A DNA stretch of 64,000 nt, from contig SVAN01000002.1 of NCBI GenBank assembly GCA_015059375.1, positions 27,328-91,327 of the forward strand, in the 5' to 3' direction. The DNA is from Bacillota bacterium (lineage in GTDB: Bacteria > Bacillota_I > Bacilli_A > RF39 > UBA660). Each line of letters starts with the position of its first letter. The stretch's first letter is position 1. The notes below the pieces were generated by a model. It made no database searches. It saw only the letters and a program-made list of their open reading frames with translations, and was not told the DNA's origin. Positions 49,098 through 58,181 of this stretch are shown one piece after another. A program made the translations under genes and the position numbers.

Positions 49098-49796
49098 ATG
49101 ATTCATAGAGTTGTTAAAAATAGTAATTACACAATAGTAAATAATGTATATTTAAGAGATAAAGCTTTAAGTTTTGGGGCTATAGGATTAATGACTAATA
49201 TACTATCTTGTAAAGATGATACTAATTTTAATGTTAAATTCTTAAGTATGTTGACTAGTAAGAGTGAAAAAGTTGTAACTAAATATCTAAATGAATTAAA
49301 ACGAAATGGTTATGTTGATGTAGAAAAATTAAATAGTAAAGATGGATTTTACTATAATTATTATGTTTATGAATCTAAAGAATTAAATCCTAAATATTCT
49401 TATAAAAGCCCAGATACCCAAAACCCAACCTGGGAAAGCCCACCTTTGGGTTTGGTAGATACTAATAAATACTTATATAAACAAGATAAAATAGATAAAT
49501 TACATTTAGACTTAAATAATATAACTATTTATTTAGTAGATAAAGGATTAATTAAGGTTGATGACATTACTCTCTTTGCTTATGATGACTTTATAAAAGA
49601 GTTATTTAATAATGAAGATTATAAAAAAGTAGTCAAAAGTATTTCTTATACTACTAATCATATATTAAAGAATAAGTTTAGAGATGAATCACATCAACCT
49701 ATATTAAATTTATTCTCTTATTTTAAAAGTTCAGTAATTAGTAATATTAATAGACAATACACTAATGAAGAATTAGAAGATTTATATGATATTTAA
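49098..49796 (+). CDS. winged-HTH replication-initiator/DnaD-like DNA-binding protein
   Basis: The N-terminal pattern YTIVNNVYLRDKALSFGAIGLMTNILS...FLSMLTSKSEKVVTKYLNELKRNGYV is typical of plasmid and phage Rep wHTH proteins. Confidence 0.5.
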   Translation: MIHRVVKNSNYTIVNNVYLRDKALSFGAIGLMTNILSCKDDTNFNVKFLSMLTSKSEKVVTKYLNELKRNGYVDVEKLNSKDGFYYNYYVYESKELNPKYSYKSPDTQNPTWESPPLGLVDTNKYLYKQDKIDKLHLDLNNITIYLVDKGLIKVDDITLFAYDDFIKELFNNEDYKKVVKSISYTTNHILKNKFRDESHQPILNLFSYFKSSVISNINRQYTNEELEDLYDI

Positions 49797-49913
49797 TTAC
49801 ATATTACTCAAAATTTTAAATATTATTATTTATAATAATATTTAAGAAAATTTGGCTATGTATTTTTATAAAATCTATAATTATAATATGCCTTCAAGAA
49901 AGGCGGTGTGATT

Positions 49914-50174
49914 ATGAATAACAAAGATATTTTACTACTTAAAGAGATAATTAAAAACAATAGAATATTAGTTGATGAAATGTTTGTGTCTTTTGATGTA
50001 GAAAAAAATAGTATATCTAATTCTTTTAAAAGTATGTTAGAATTAGTTGAGAATATTTTAAAAGAAAAAGACTGTCCATACTGTAAGGAAAATAAAACTG
50101 ATAGTATTGACCCTAATGTGCTATGTCCATCTTGTAGAAGAACTTTTGGGCATAGCTTTTTTAATGAGTTATGA
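49914..50174 (+). CDS. small zinc-ribbon protein
   Basis: CPYC ... CPSC pair. RBS aaggcgg. Confidence 0.45.
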   Translation: MNNKDILLLKEIIKNNRILVDEMFVSFDVEKNSISNSFKSMLELVENILKEKDCPYCKENKTDSIDPNVLCPSCRRTFGHSFFNEL

Positions 50175-50189
50175 AAGGAAAATAAGAAT

Positions 50190-50435
50190 ATGTATAATAA
50201 TTTAGTATATGTTATAGGCAAAATAAAAGAAATAGACAAAGATATAGTAAAAATTAAAGTTAAAAAAGATGATAAAGAATTTAATATAATAACTTGTCAA
50301 TTACTTAATATGTCAACAGAATCACTAGAAGTTGATAAATTAATCGGTATTAGAGGTTTTTTAGAATCTGATGAAAATGATAATATAAAAGTTATTGTAT
50401 TAAAATTAACTCATTTGCCAAGTTTTGAGGAGTAA
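50190..50435 (+). CDS. mini OB-fold (SSB-like) protein
   Basis: NLVYVIGKIKEI...FNIITCQLL...DKLIGIRGFLES follows the SSB OB-fold strand pattern. No acidic tail. Confidence 0.4.
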   Translation: MYNNLVYVIGKIKEIDKDIVKIKVKKDDKEFNIITCQLLNMSTESLEVDKLIGIRGFLESDENDNIKVIVLKLTHLPSFEE

Positions 50436-50442
50436 GATACAA

Positions 50443-51153
50443 ATGAATTATGTAAGAATATATTATAAATTAAGTTTTAAATATAGATTATTATTATGTT
50501 TATTAAATAATTATTATTTAAATCATTATGCAAAGAATAAAATTAATAGTAAAATTGTAGTATCATCTCCTGATGAGTCAAAACTCATGAGAGATTATGA
50601 GATTATATTTAATGTTATTAAGAATTTAAAAATAGATGATTTAATAACATTAAGAAAATTTATACCTAAACATCAAATAGAAATAATTAAAATCTTTGAT
50701 GAATTAAAGAAACAAGATATAGACTATAGTAAGATTATTGATGATATAAAGAAAGAATATGTTGAAGATAATAGTATTTATTATAATGATTATTGTGATG
50801 ATTATGAGTATGACTATGACTTAAAGAAAAATAGTATTACTGAAGATACAAAAATACTATTTTTAGAGAATTCCTATTTAAAAGAAGTATATAATAAGCA
50901 TTTAATTAGAAATGTATTTAGCACAGATAATTATTCTATATGCAGAATGAGGTCTGGTAGCAATAATGAATTTTTAGGAACTCTAACAAGTTATGCTTTA
51001 AAATATAAGAAAATAAATAATATAGTAAGAGACATCACTAGTATTAATTTAGAAGATGATTCTTACTATTGCCTTAATTTATATTTAGAAGCAAATGATG
51101 ATGTTATAAGTTATATACAAGAAGATTTATATAATGCGAGAATTGATGATTAG
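50443..51153 (+). CDS. hypothetical protein (element)
   Basis: Start set at the ATG after RBS gaggag. No motif recognised. Confidence 0.45.
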   Translation: MNYVRIYYKLSFKYRLLLCLLNNYYLNHYAKNKINSKIVVSSPDESKLMRDYEIIFNVIKNLKIDDLITLRKFIPKHQIEIIKIFDELKKQDIDYSKIIDDIKKEYVEDNSIYYNDYCDDYEYDYDLKKNSITEDTKILFLENSYLKEVYNKHLIRNVFSTDNYSICRMRSGSNNEFLGTLTSYALKYKKINNIVRDITSINLEDDSYYCLNLYLEANDDVISYIQEDLYNARIDD

Positions 51154-51169
51154 ACTTGAGGTGTGAAAT

Positions 51170-51568
51170 ATGAATAGATTAACTCCAACATTAAAAATGT
51201 TAGAAAAAATTAAAGAAGATAAAATATTTAAAGCATACGTTAGACAATATAAAGAAAATTCTACTATCAATATTGAGTTGCTTAAAGAATTAATTACTCA
51301 TTACAGAGATTTATTAGAAATATATTACAAAGTTAATATAGTGTATGTAGGGAAAAATAATTTAAAATCATTTAGTAACTTAAGTGATAATATAAAAGAT
51401 ACTAATCATCATTTTAATAGACACTTATATTTAGATGATATACACTATTTTAATGAATTTATATTTAGTGACTACGAACTATATTCTAAAACTAGGAAAA
51501 CAATTATAGATGAATTATTAGTTTCTAAAGAAGAGATAGAATTATTAAAAGAATTTGAAGAATTTTAG
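51170..51568 (+). CDS. hypothetical protein (element)
   Basis: 132 aa with RBS gaggtg. Confidence 0.45.
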   Translation: MNRLTPTLKMLEKIKEDKIFKAYVRQYKENSTINIELLKELITHYRDLLEIYYKVNIVYVGKNNLKSFSNLSDNIKDTNHHFNRHLYLDDIHYFNEFIFSDYELYSKTRKTIIDELLVSKEEIELLKEFEEF

Positions 51569-51645
51569 TAATAAGTAATTAACTTAGTTGTCATTTTGTG
51601 TTATACTCTTTATAAGATAAACTAACTGTTTTACTTCTAGTTAGT

Positions 51646-53004
51646 TTGAGAGGAGTATGTAGTGTGGTTAATTCTAATATTATAAGAAAGATAAATGATT
51701 TTTTTAGCAAAAAAAAGGTTATTAAACATATTATATTGTTATTATTATTTGGAATAATAACAGGATTTCTTTATGTATCTAATGATATATTTATGCTTAG
51801 AGCTAAAATTATAGTTATTGTTATAGTTATATTAATTTATTCTTCTATACTACTATGTAAAAGTTTTTATAAAATAGATGATAAATATAACTGGGATAAG
51901 CCTCCAAAAATATACTTTTATGTTAGTATGTTTCTACCTATTGTAGGTTTTATAATGTGGTGTGTATTAGTAAATCATAAACCTAATTCAGCAAAATTGA
52001 CTATTAAAGGTTGTTTATGCAGTTTATTATTACCTATTTTAACATTTATAATAAGTTTACCTATATATTTTGTTAGCGCAGGTATCTCAAGTACATTAAG
52101 AAATACTATATATTCTGATAGTTATACTGAAACTTATAATATTGAATTAATATATAATCAAGATGCACACATTGTAGAAGCAGATGATTTAGATGTAAAA
52201 ATAACATTTAAGGGATATAAAGATGATTTAGAAAAATTTAAAAAAAGCGAAGATTTTAAGAAATATTTTGAAAGTAATCAACTATCTATAAGTTTGAAAA
52301 CTTGTCAAGAAACTTGTGATTTATCTTCAATAATTGAATACTATGTTAAAAATAGTACAAAAAAATATAATTTAAAGTATAAAATAGATAATAAAATTAT
52401 TGCTAAAATATATGACAAAATATCGACTGTTATAACTGTTTATAGTGAAGAAGATACACATATACAATATGATACATTAGTAGATTTGTATTTATATTCT
52501 AGTGATGATAAGGTATATGCTAAAATAGGTAATAAAATTAAATTAGCTCAAAATTTATCTATAAACGCAAAAGAAAGTAAAGATATAATTATATTCGGAA
52601 CAAAAGAGCAATTAAATAATATTCCACATAATGAATATTTCAAAATCAAAGTAGTTAAAACAGGAACAAAAAATGTTTTCTTAAATTACAAAGAAGTTAA
52701 TGTAACTGAATTTGAAAAAATATATGAAGAATACAAAAATTCATTTGTTAGTAAAGAAGTAAATATCAAAATAAATACTTTAGGTAGTAGTGATTTAAAA
52801 ATCATTGATATAAAAACTTATCCTGAAAAAATAAAAATTACTGGACCAAAAGAAGTAATTGATAATATAGAGATTATAGAAATAGATGTTAATGTCGATG
52901 GATTATCAGAAAATAAAACTTTAAAAGTAACTATACAAAAACCAAATGGAGTACAAGAAATAAGTGAAAAAGTTGCAAATGTAGAAATATATGTAGAAGA
53001 TTAG
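51646..53004 (+). CDS. multi-TM protein with extracellular C-terminal YbbR-like domain
   Basis: 4-5 TM helices. C-terminal PEKIKITGPKEVIDNIEIIEIDVNVDGLSENKTLKVTIQKPNGV...VANVEIYVE fits the YbbR repeat pattern. The start may be the GTG at 51664. Confidence 0.55.
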   Translation: MRGVCSVVNSNIIRKINDFFSKKKVIKHIILLLLFGIITGFLYVSNDIFMLRAKIIVIVIVILIYSSILLCKSFYKIDDKYNWDKPPKIYFYVSMFLPIVGFIMWCVLVNHKPNSAKLTIKGCLCSLLLPILTFIISLPIYFVSAGISSTLRNTIYSDSYTETYNIELIYNQDAHIVEADDLDVKITFKGYKDDLEKFKKSEDFKKYFESNQLSISLKTCQETCDLSSIIEYYVKNSTKKYNLKYKIDNKIIAKIYDKISTVITVYSEEDTHIQYDTLVDLYLYSSDDKVYAKIGNKIKLAQNLSINAKESKDIIIFGTKEQLNNIPHNEYFKIKVVKTGTKNVFLNYKEVNVTEFEKIYEEYKNSFVSKEVNIKINTLGSSDLKIIDIKTYPEKIKITGPKEVIDNIEIIEIDVNVDGLSENKTLKVTIQKPNGVQEISEKVANVEIYVED

Positions 53005-53015
53005 GAGTTTTTTAG

Positions 53016-53531
53016 ATGAAAGATGTATTGTATAATGAGAAAAACGATTTCAATGAAATAACTATAAAAGAAGATTTTATTAAATTAAAAAAAGACAATA
53101 ATGTTAAAATATATTACTTTGATTCTATAGATTTAAAAAATAGTTTTAAAACTCATATAGAAAATGATTTTGTAGAAATTTCACTATTAAGCAATAATAA
53201 AGAAATTCTATTTATGATTAAAAAATCTAATTTTTTAAAATTTAAAGAGGTAATAAATCCTATAAAAAGAGGTTATTTAAATCAAGATTTTTCCTTTGAT
53301 GAAAAAGTAGATAATAACGAAAAAAATTATAACCCTAGTGAAGATGATGATGTTTCTCCAATATATGGCGTTATAGGGTTTTTTATACCTATCATTGGGT
53401 TTATTATATGGTTAGTATTAGTAAATACAAAACCTAAATCTGCAAAAATTGCAGGAATTAGCGCATTAATTGGATTTATAATTAATAGTATAGTTTATTT
53501 CTTTTTGCTTGGCCCTATTATATTTGAGTAA
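53016..53531 (+). CDS. membrane protein sharing a TM motif with the preceding gene
   Basis: PIIGFIIWLVLVNTKPKSAK versus PIVGFIMWCVLVNHKPNSAK in the 452 aa protein. Confidence 0.5.
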   Translation: MKDVLYNEKNDFNEITIKEDFIKLKKDNNVKIYYFDSIDLKNSFKTHIENDFVEISLLSNNKEILFMIKKSNFLKFKEVINPIKRGYLNQDFSFDEKVDNNEKNYNPSEDDDVSPIYGVIGFFIPIIGFIIWLVLVNTKPKSAKIAGISALIGFIINSIVYFFLLGPIIFE

Positions 53532-53544
53532 AGAGGTTTGTTAA

Positions 53545-54063
53545 ATGAGTTTAATTAAATGTCCTGAATGTGCAAAAGAAATAAGTAATAATACAAATGA
53601 GTGTATTTATTGTGGTTATAGATTAAAAAAAGAAGTTAATATTAAAAATAATAGTAAAGTAATAATTCATAGTTATAATGACCCATATTTGTATAGTCCA
53701 GCAATTAAAGTTTATAATAATGGAGAGTTTATAACTGAAATTAATAAAGGTCAAACTATATCATTATCTATTGATAATGACACTATTTTTACTTTTAAGC
53801 ACTCAAATAAAAGTATAGATGTCAAAGTTTTGTGTAATAGAATAACTGAGATACAATTATTTTATACAAGAGGTGTTGCCTTAAGAGCAATTACTAATAT
53901 TCAAGGTAAAGATGCAGAATCTAATGTTATCAATAATAAGACTTTTCAAGAAACTATAAGAAAGCAAAAAGCAATTAATAACATTTGGATAACTATTGCA
54001 ATTATCTTAATTATAATTGGTTTAATATGGGGAATTATTGATGGTATACAAGCAATAGGTTAA
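53545..54063 (+). CDS. zinc-ribbon protein with C-terminal TM anchor
   Basis: N-terminal CPECAKEISNNTNECIYCG and a C-terminal hydrophobic helix. Confidence 0.55.
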   Translation: MSLIKCPECAKEISNNTNECIYCGYRLKKEVNIKNNSKVIIHSYNDPYLYSPAIKVYNNGEFITEINKGQTISLSIDNDTIFTFKHSNKSIDVKVLCNRITEIQLFYTRGVALRAITNIQGKDAESNVINNKTFQETIRKQKAINNIWITIAIILIIIGLIWGIIDGIQAIG

Positions 54064-54086
54064 GACACAACAAAGTGTCTTTTTTG
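54062..54086 (+). terminator. rho-independent terminator
   Basis: aagacac-aacaaa-gtgtctt followed by a T-run. Confidence 0.6.
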
Positions 54087-54238
54087 TTTGAAAAATAATT
54101 TAGCTAGTAATGATATACTATATACTATCTATCATTTTTGCACTCTTTTTATATATTAATAATGAAGATGATGATTGATGAAATATAATGATTTGTTATC
54201 AATTATAATAAATTTTATATTTTCAAAAAGAAAGGAAT

Positions 54239-54679
54239 ATGTACATTATGTTAAATAATAATATTATAGTTATAAGAGGTCATGCTGGAAGTTACAAAAG
54301 TGATTTAGCTCAAATTTTAACTAACTCTATTAATGATAGAAAGTGTTGTTATATTGATTTAGATATTAATAAGAAATTAAAATTAAATGAAAATATAACA
54401 TTATATCAAGATAATATAAAAGATTTCTCTGTTGTCGAAGAAATAATAAATCAGAATGATGTAGTTGTTATAGATTATTTGTCGTTGTTTAATCTATTTA
54501 TTAATGAAAATGCTTTATTACATAAACTTTGTGTATTAGTTAAAAAACGTAAGAAAACTCTTATAACAGTAGAATGTATTAGTTGTAATAGAGATTTGTT
54601 GTCAGATGAAAAATATCAAGTTTTAAAATCGAATGCTGATTTAATTATAACTTTGGATACAAATTTAATCACTATGTAA
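54239..54679 (+). CDS. mini RecA/KaiC-like ATPase-fold protein with degenerate Walker A
   Basis: IIVIRGHAGSYKSDLA (Tyr in place of the P-loop Gly) and the Walker-B-like VVVIDYLSLF. Confidence 0.4.
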   Translation: MYIMLNNNIIVIRGHAGSYKSDLAQILTNSINDRKCCYIDLDINKKLKLNENITLYQDNIKDFSVVEEIINQNDVVVIDYLSLFNLFINENALLHKLCVLVKKRKKTLITVECISCNRDLLSDEKYQVLKSNADLIITLDTNLITM

Positions 54680-55068
54680 TGAGAGGAATGATTTGTGTGG
54701 ACAAAAGTAATGAGATTAATAATCAAAAGTATGTAAATGATAGATTTATTAGAATTAAAGAAGTTTGTAATAGAACTGGATTTTGTATGCAGACTATTAG
54801 AAATGCAATTAAGAAAAAAGAACTTCGAGGTTATTTAATTAACAATAGATGGTATACTACTGAAAGAGATTATGATAAGTATATAGCTAATACTTTCAGT
54901 AAAAGTATGTTTGGATTAGATATTGATAAAATGAAACTTGTTATTGATTATTTTGAAAAAGAAGAAATGAAGAAGATTCAAAAAGAAGAATTGAAGAAAA
55001 TTGAAAAAGCTGAAGAATTAAATAAGACTTTGAATTCTAATATTAAAAATGAAGTTAAAACTAAATAA
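54679..55068 (+). CDS. excisionase/MerR-type HTH DNA-binding protein with K/E-rich tail
   Basis: FIRIKEVCNRTGFCMQTIRNAIKKKELRGYLINNRWY. True start uncertain (ATG 54688 or GTG 54697). Confidence 0.5.
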   Translation: MRGMICVDKSNEINNQKYVNDRFIRIKEVCNRTGFCMQTIRNAIKKKELRGYLINNRWYTTERDYDKYIANTFSKSMFGLDIDKMKLVIDYFEKEEMKKIQKEELKKIEKAEELNKTLNSNIKNEVKTK

Positions 55069-55118
55069 TTAATGAAAATGTTTATGTAGATTTTGCCTAT
55101 GTACGAATAATTTAGTTT

Positions 55119-55228
55119 GTATTAAAATAACCCTACCAACAATTAGTATTAAAATTGTTTAATAAAAGGAATGTTAATAAAAACTGTATTTGATAAAATA
55201 TAATACATTACATTAAACGTATTAAAAT
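55119..55228 (+). repeat. three exact GTATTAAAAT 10-mers upstream of the internal recombinase gene
   Basis: Copies at 55119, 55146 and 55219, plus variants at 55186 and 55235. Confidence 0.35.
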
Positions 55229-55293
55229 ATCTGTGTATTAATTATTAAACTTGTAGTAGAATATTTAAAATAAATTAGAAAGAGGTTTTTATT

Positions 55294-56256
55294 GTGAATA
55301 ATGATATTACTATAATAGATAGTAATACTTTGATTACTATTAACTCAAATCAAGAAATAATTAATAAATGGTTTAAAATGTCTGAATTGACTAATAAAAA
55401 TACCAAACAAACTTATTTGGAAGGACTTTGTAAGTTTGTAAGTTTCATAAAAGAAAAAGGAATTGTTAATCCTACAAGTGAAACTATAATTGATTTTAAA
55501 GAATTTTTAATGAATAGATATTCTAATTCATCATCATACAATTATTTAAGTGGAGTAAAAAGTTTTTATAAATTTTTAGAACTACAAAATATAAGTCAAG
55601 ATATTACAAGAGGAATTAAGTTACCAAAAATTCAAAGAGGAAATAAAAAAGACTCTTTAACTTTAGACCAATTAAAGAGTTTGTTCTCTATTTTGAATCA
55701 AGACACTTTATTAAATGCACGAGATTGCTGTATAATTCAATTAATGATTAGAACTGGTTTAAGAAGTTGTGAAGTTATTGGAGCAAATATTGAAGATATT
55801 CAAAATAAAGAGGGAGAAAAAGTCTTGTATATCAAAGGTAAAGGACATACAGAAAAAGATAATTTTGTAGTGATAGAGCCAGACTTAATGAATATCATAG
55901 ATAATTACTTAAATAAGAGAAAGAAATATATAGATAAAGACCCTTTATTTATAAGTTTAAGTAATAATACTTATGGAGAAAGATTAAAAAGTATTAGTTT
56001 TAGAAAGATAGTCAAAGAAAAATTAAGAGAAGCAAATATTGATAGTAATAGAATTAGCACTCACTCTTTAAGACATACTGCAATTACTCTTGCACTAATA
56101 TCAGGTTCAACTTTAGTAGAAACTAGAGATATGGCGAGACATACAGATATAAATACTACTGCTGATTATTTTACAAATCTACAAAGAGTACAAAATAGTC
56201 CAGAAGCAAAAATAGGTAAATTTATTAAAGAAAATATCACTTCTGATATAAATTAA
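55294..56256 (+). CDS. XerC/XerD-like tyrosine recombinase (internal)
   Basis: RTGLRSCEV (Arg I), HSLRHTAIT (H-x-x-R) and ARHTDINTTADY (catalytic Tyr region). GTG start with RBS agaaagagg. Confidence 0.85.
   Translation: MNNDITIIDSNTLITINSNQEIINKWFKMSELTNKNTKQTYLEGLCKFVSFIKEKGIVNPTSETIIDFKEFLMNRYSNSSSYNYLSGVKSFYKFLELQNISQDITRGIKLPKIQRGNKKDSLTLDQLKSLFSILNQDTLLNARDCCIIQLMIRTGLRSCEVIGANIEDIQNKEGEKVLYIKGKGHTEKDNFVVIEPDLMNIIDNYLNKRKKYIDKDPLFISLSNNTYGERLKSISFRKIVKEKLREANIDSNRISTHSLRHTAITLALISGSTLVETRDMARHTDINTTADYFTNLQRVQNSPEAKIGKFIKENITSDIN
55429..55442 (+). repeat. TGTAAGTTTGTAAG motif, copy 2 (inside recombinase CDS)
   Basis: Exact 14-mer. Confidence 0.7.
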
Positions 56257-56330
56257 AAAGGATTTAGGTATCTATAATTATTATTATAGTTACCAATTTT
56301 TTTTTAAGCAATTTTATATATAAAAACTAT

Positions 56331-56344
56331 TGTAAGTTTGTAAG
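56331..56344 (+). repeat. TGTAAGTTTGTAAG motif, copy 3
   Basis: Exact 14-mer, intergenic. The upstream flank ttatataaaaa is shared with copy 4. Confidence 0.7.
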
Positions 56345-56350
56345 TCAAAT

Positions 56351-57442
56351 TTATAAAATTTTAGAATTTTTACATAATTCTATTAGTAACATTTCATCAT
56401 TTTTAGAAGAATCTTTAAAACATGATTTTATAGCATTAGTATTATTAATCTGTTTGTTAATTTCTTCATTGTTTAATTCTTTAAGTTTACCTACTAAAAT
56501 TTTACAAGAATTATTTAAATTATTTCTAGTGTTGTTTTTGTGAAAGTTTGGGTCCTCATTAAAACAACTACTGCAAAGATTTTTAGTTAGTCTGATTGTT
56601 GGTATTGAACATCTATGACATATATTAAAGATTGTACTATTAAGATAAACACAATTTAAAAAATAATAGACTATTGCTTGAACCAAATTGTTAGTTTCAA
56701 TGTAATTTTCATTAAGGTTATTTATAATTTGACTATTATATTGTTTGTAAGATGAAATATATAAATAATATTCTTGTTTAAAACATTTGATATAATAATT
56801 TAATTCTTCAACATATATTTTAACTTCTTGTAATTCATTAAAACCCATAATATTATTTAAATGAAGTTTATCATTTTTATTTAGTTTAGTATCAATAATT
56901 TTTTTAATTTCTGCTAATACATATATAGTAATTGAAGTAAAAATTAAATCTTTAGCTCTAACAGCTAGAGATATACCGTTATTGTGACTTTCTTCAATAA
57001 GCTCTTTATCTATATTTTCATAGTAAGGTAACCCATTTTTATGACAAAAGTCTATAATTAAATCAAATATAAGTTTATCTTCAATTAATTTATCATAATT
57101 TTTAATTTTAATAACGTGATTAGTATTTGGTTCTATATCATCATATAAATTAAAATCTATGTTATTTTTTTCTTCAAATGTATTAGTACCTTTTAAAGAT
57201 AATAATACTATTTTCATATCTTTTCTCTTTTTAATAAATATTTTACTAAAATAATCTATACCTTCAATTTGAAGGTATAATTTTTTTCCTAAATTACATA
57301 ACTCTTTAAATTTAGTTTCTAAATCTTCAATTTTTGTATTATATGATTCATTTCCAAAGCCCTCAATAATATAATAATTAAATATTTTTTTTAAATTATA
57401 GTTTTCAAAAGTATAAACATTTCTTTTAAGATTTAACCTCAT
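56351..57442 (-). CDS. hypothetical protein, sole long antisense-oriented gene of the element (cargo candidate)
   Basis: 363 aa with a C-terminal CHRC...CSSC pair and its own RBS aaaggagg. Confidence 0.5.
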   Translation of the reverse strand: MRLNLKRNVYTFENYNLKKIFNYYIIEGFGNESYNTKIEDLETKFKELCNLGKKLYLQIEGIDYFSKIFIKKRKDMKIVLLSLKGTNTFEEKNNIDFNLYDDIEPNTNHVIKIKNYDKLIEDKLIFDLIIDFCHKNGLPYYENIDKELIEESHNNGISLAVRAKDLIFTSITIYVLAEIKKIIDTKLNKNDKLHLNNIMGFNELQEVKIYVEELNYYIKCFKQEYYLYISSYKQYNSQIINNLNENYIETNNLVQAIVYYFLNCVYLNSTIFNICHRCSIPTIRLTKNLCSSCFNEDPNFHKNNTRNNLNNSCKILVGKLKELNNEEINKQINNTNAIKSCFKDSSKNDEMLLIELCKNSKIL

Positions 57443-57692
57443 ATAGTCCTCCTTTTAAAAAAATCTATCAATTAATACCACTTTTTTCCGACTTATTTAT
57501 TTGGATTTTATTATATAGTATTCTGTTATTGCTGGCGTTAATTGTGAAAACTTTTCTGAATTTGCATTTCATAATTAACTAATTGATATTATTTTAACTA
57601 AAGGTTAAGAAAATGTCTAGGAAATTCAAATAATATTGAGGAAAATTTTTTAAGAAAGGAAACTACAACTATTCTTCCTCTAATTTATATAG

Positions 57693-58181
57693 TTGTGGTT
57701 AATGGAACATGTTATGCAAATAACAGATTATGATAGAATTAAAGGGAATGAAGAAAGTGAATTTAATGAAAGAGCGAGAAGACGTCTTGAAATAAAGAAA
57801 AAATTCCGCCAAAATGAGCGTTGTAAAGGTACTTATGACCCAAAAGAAGGAGTTTATAATGTAGTTATTGGCCAAATTTCTATTAAAGAAAATAGAAACG
57901 GCAATTCTTATATGCAATTTGTTTGTCACAACCTAGATAAGAAAGAAAAATTATATGCTTCTTATTATTTAACAGATGGCACAGATGAATCTTCAATAAC
58001 TGATTTAAGATGTTTACTTGATGAATTTAACCAAGATGATTTTACTGATTATGAAATAGTTGATGATTATGCTATATTAGAAAGATTACAAATACTAATT
58101 GGTGAAGAAGCTAAATTAGTAGTTGAAGACCAAGATGGTTATATGTCAGCGAAGTTATACAGAGAGATTCCAAATGAATAA
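57693..58181 (+). CDS. DUF669-like putative ssDNA-binding protein, translationally coupled to polB
   Basis: GVYNVVIGQISIKENRNGNSYMQFVCHNLD pattern. Its stop overlaps the polB start. The start codon is uncertain. Confidence 0.4.
   Translation: MWLMEHVMQITDYDRIKGNEESEFNERARRRLEIKKKFRQNERCKGTYDPKEGVYNVVIGQISIKENRNGNSYMQFVCHNLDKKEKLYASYYLTDGTDESSITDLRCLLDEFNQDDFTDYEIVDDYAILERLQILIGEEAKLVVEDQDGYMSAKLYREIPNE

Noticed and set aside
49856-50239. 127 aa minus-strand ORF in the element
   Set aside because: It is antisense to two plus-strand ORFs that have proper RBSs and fit the co-directional operon.
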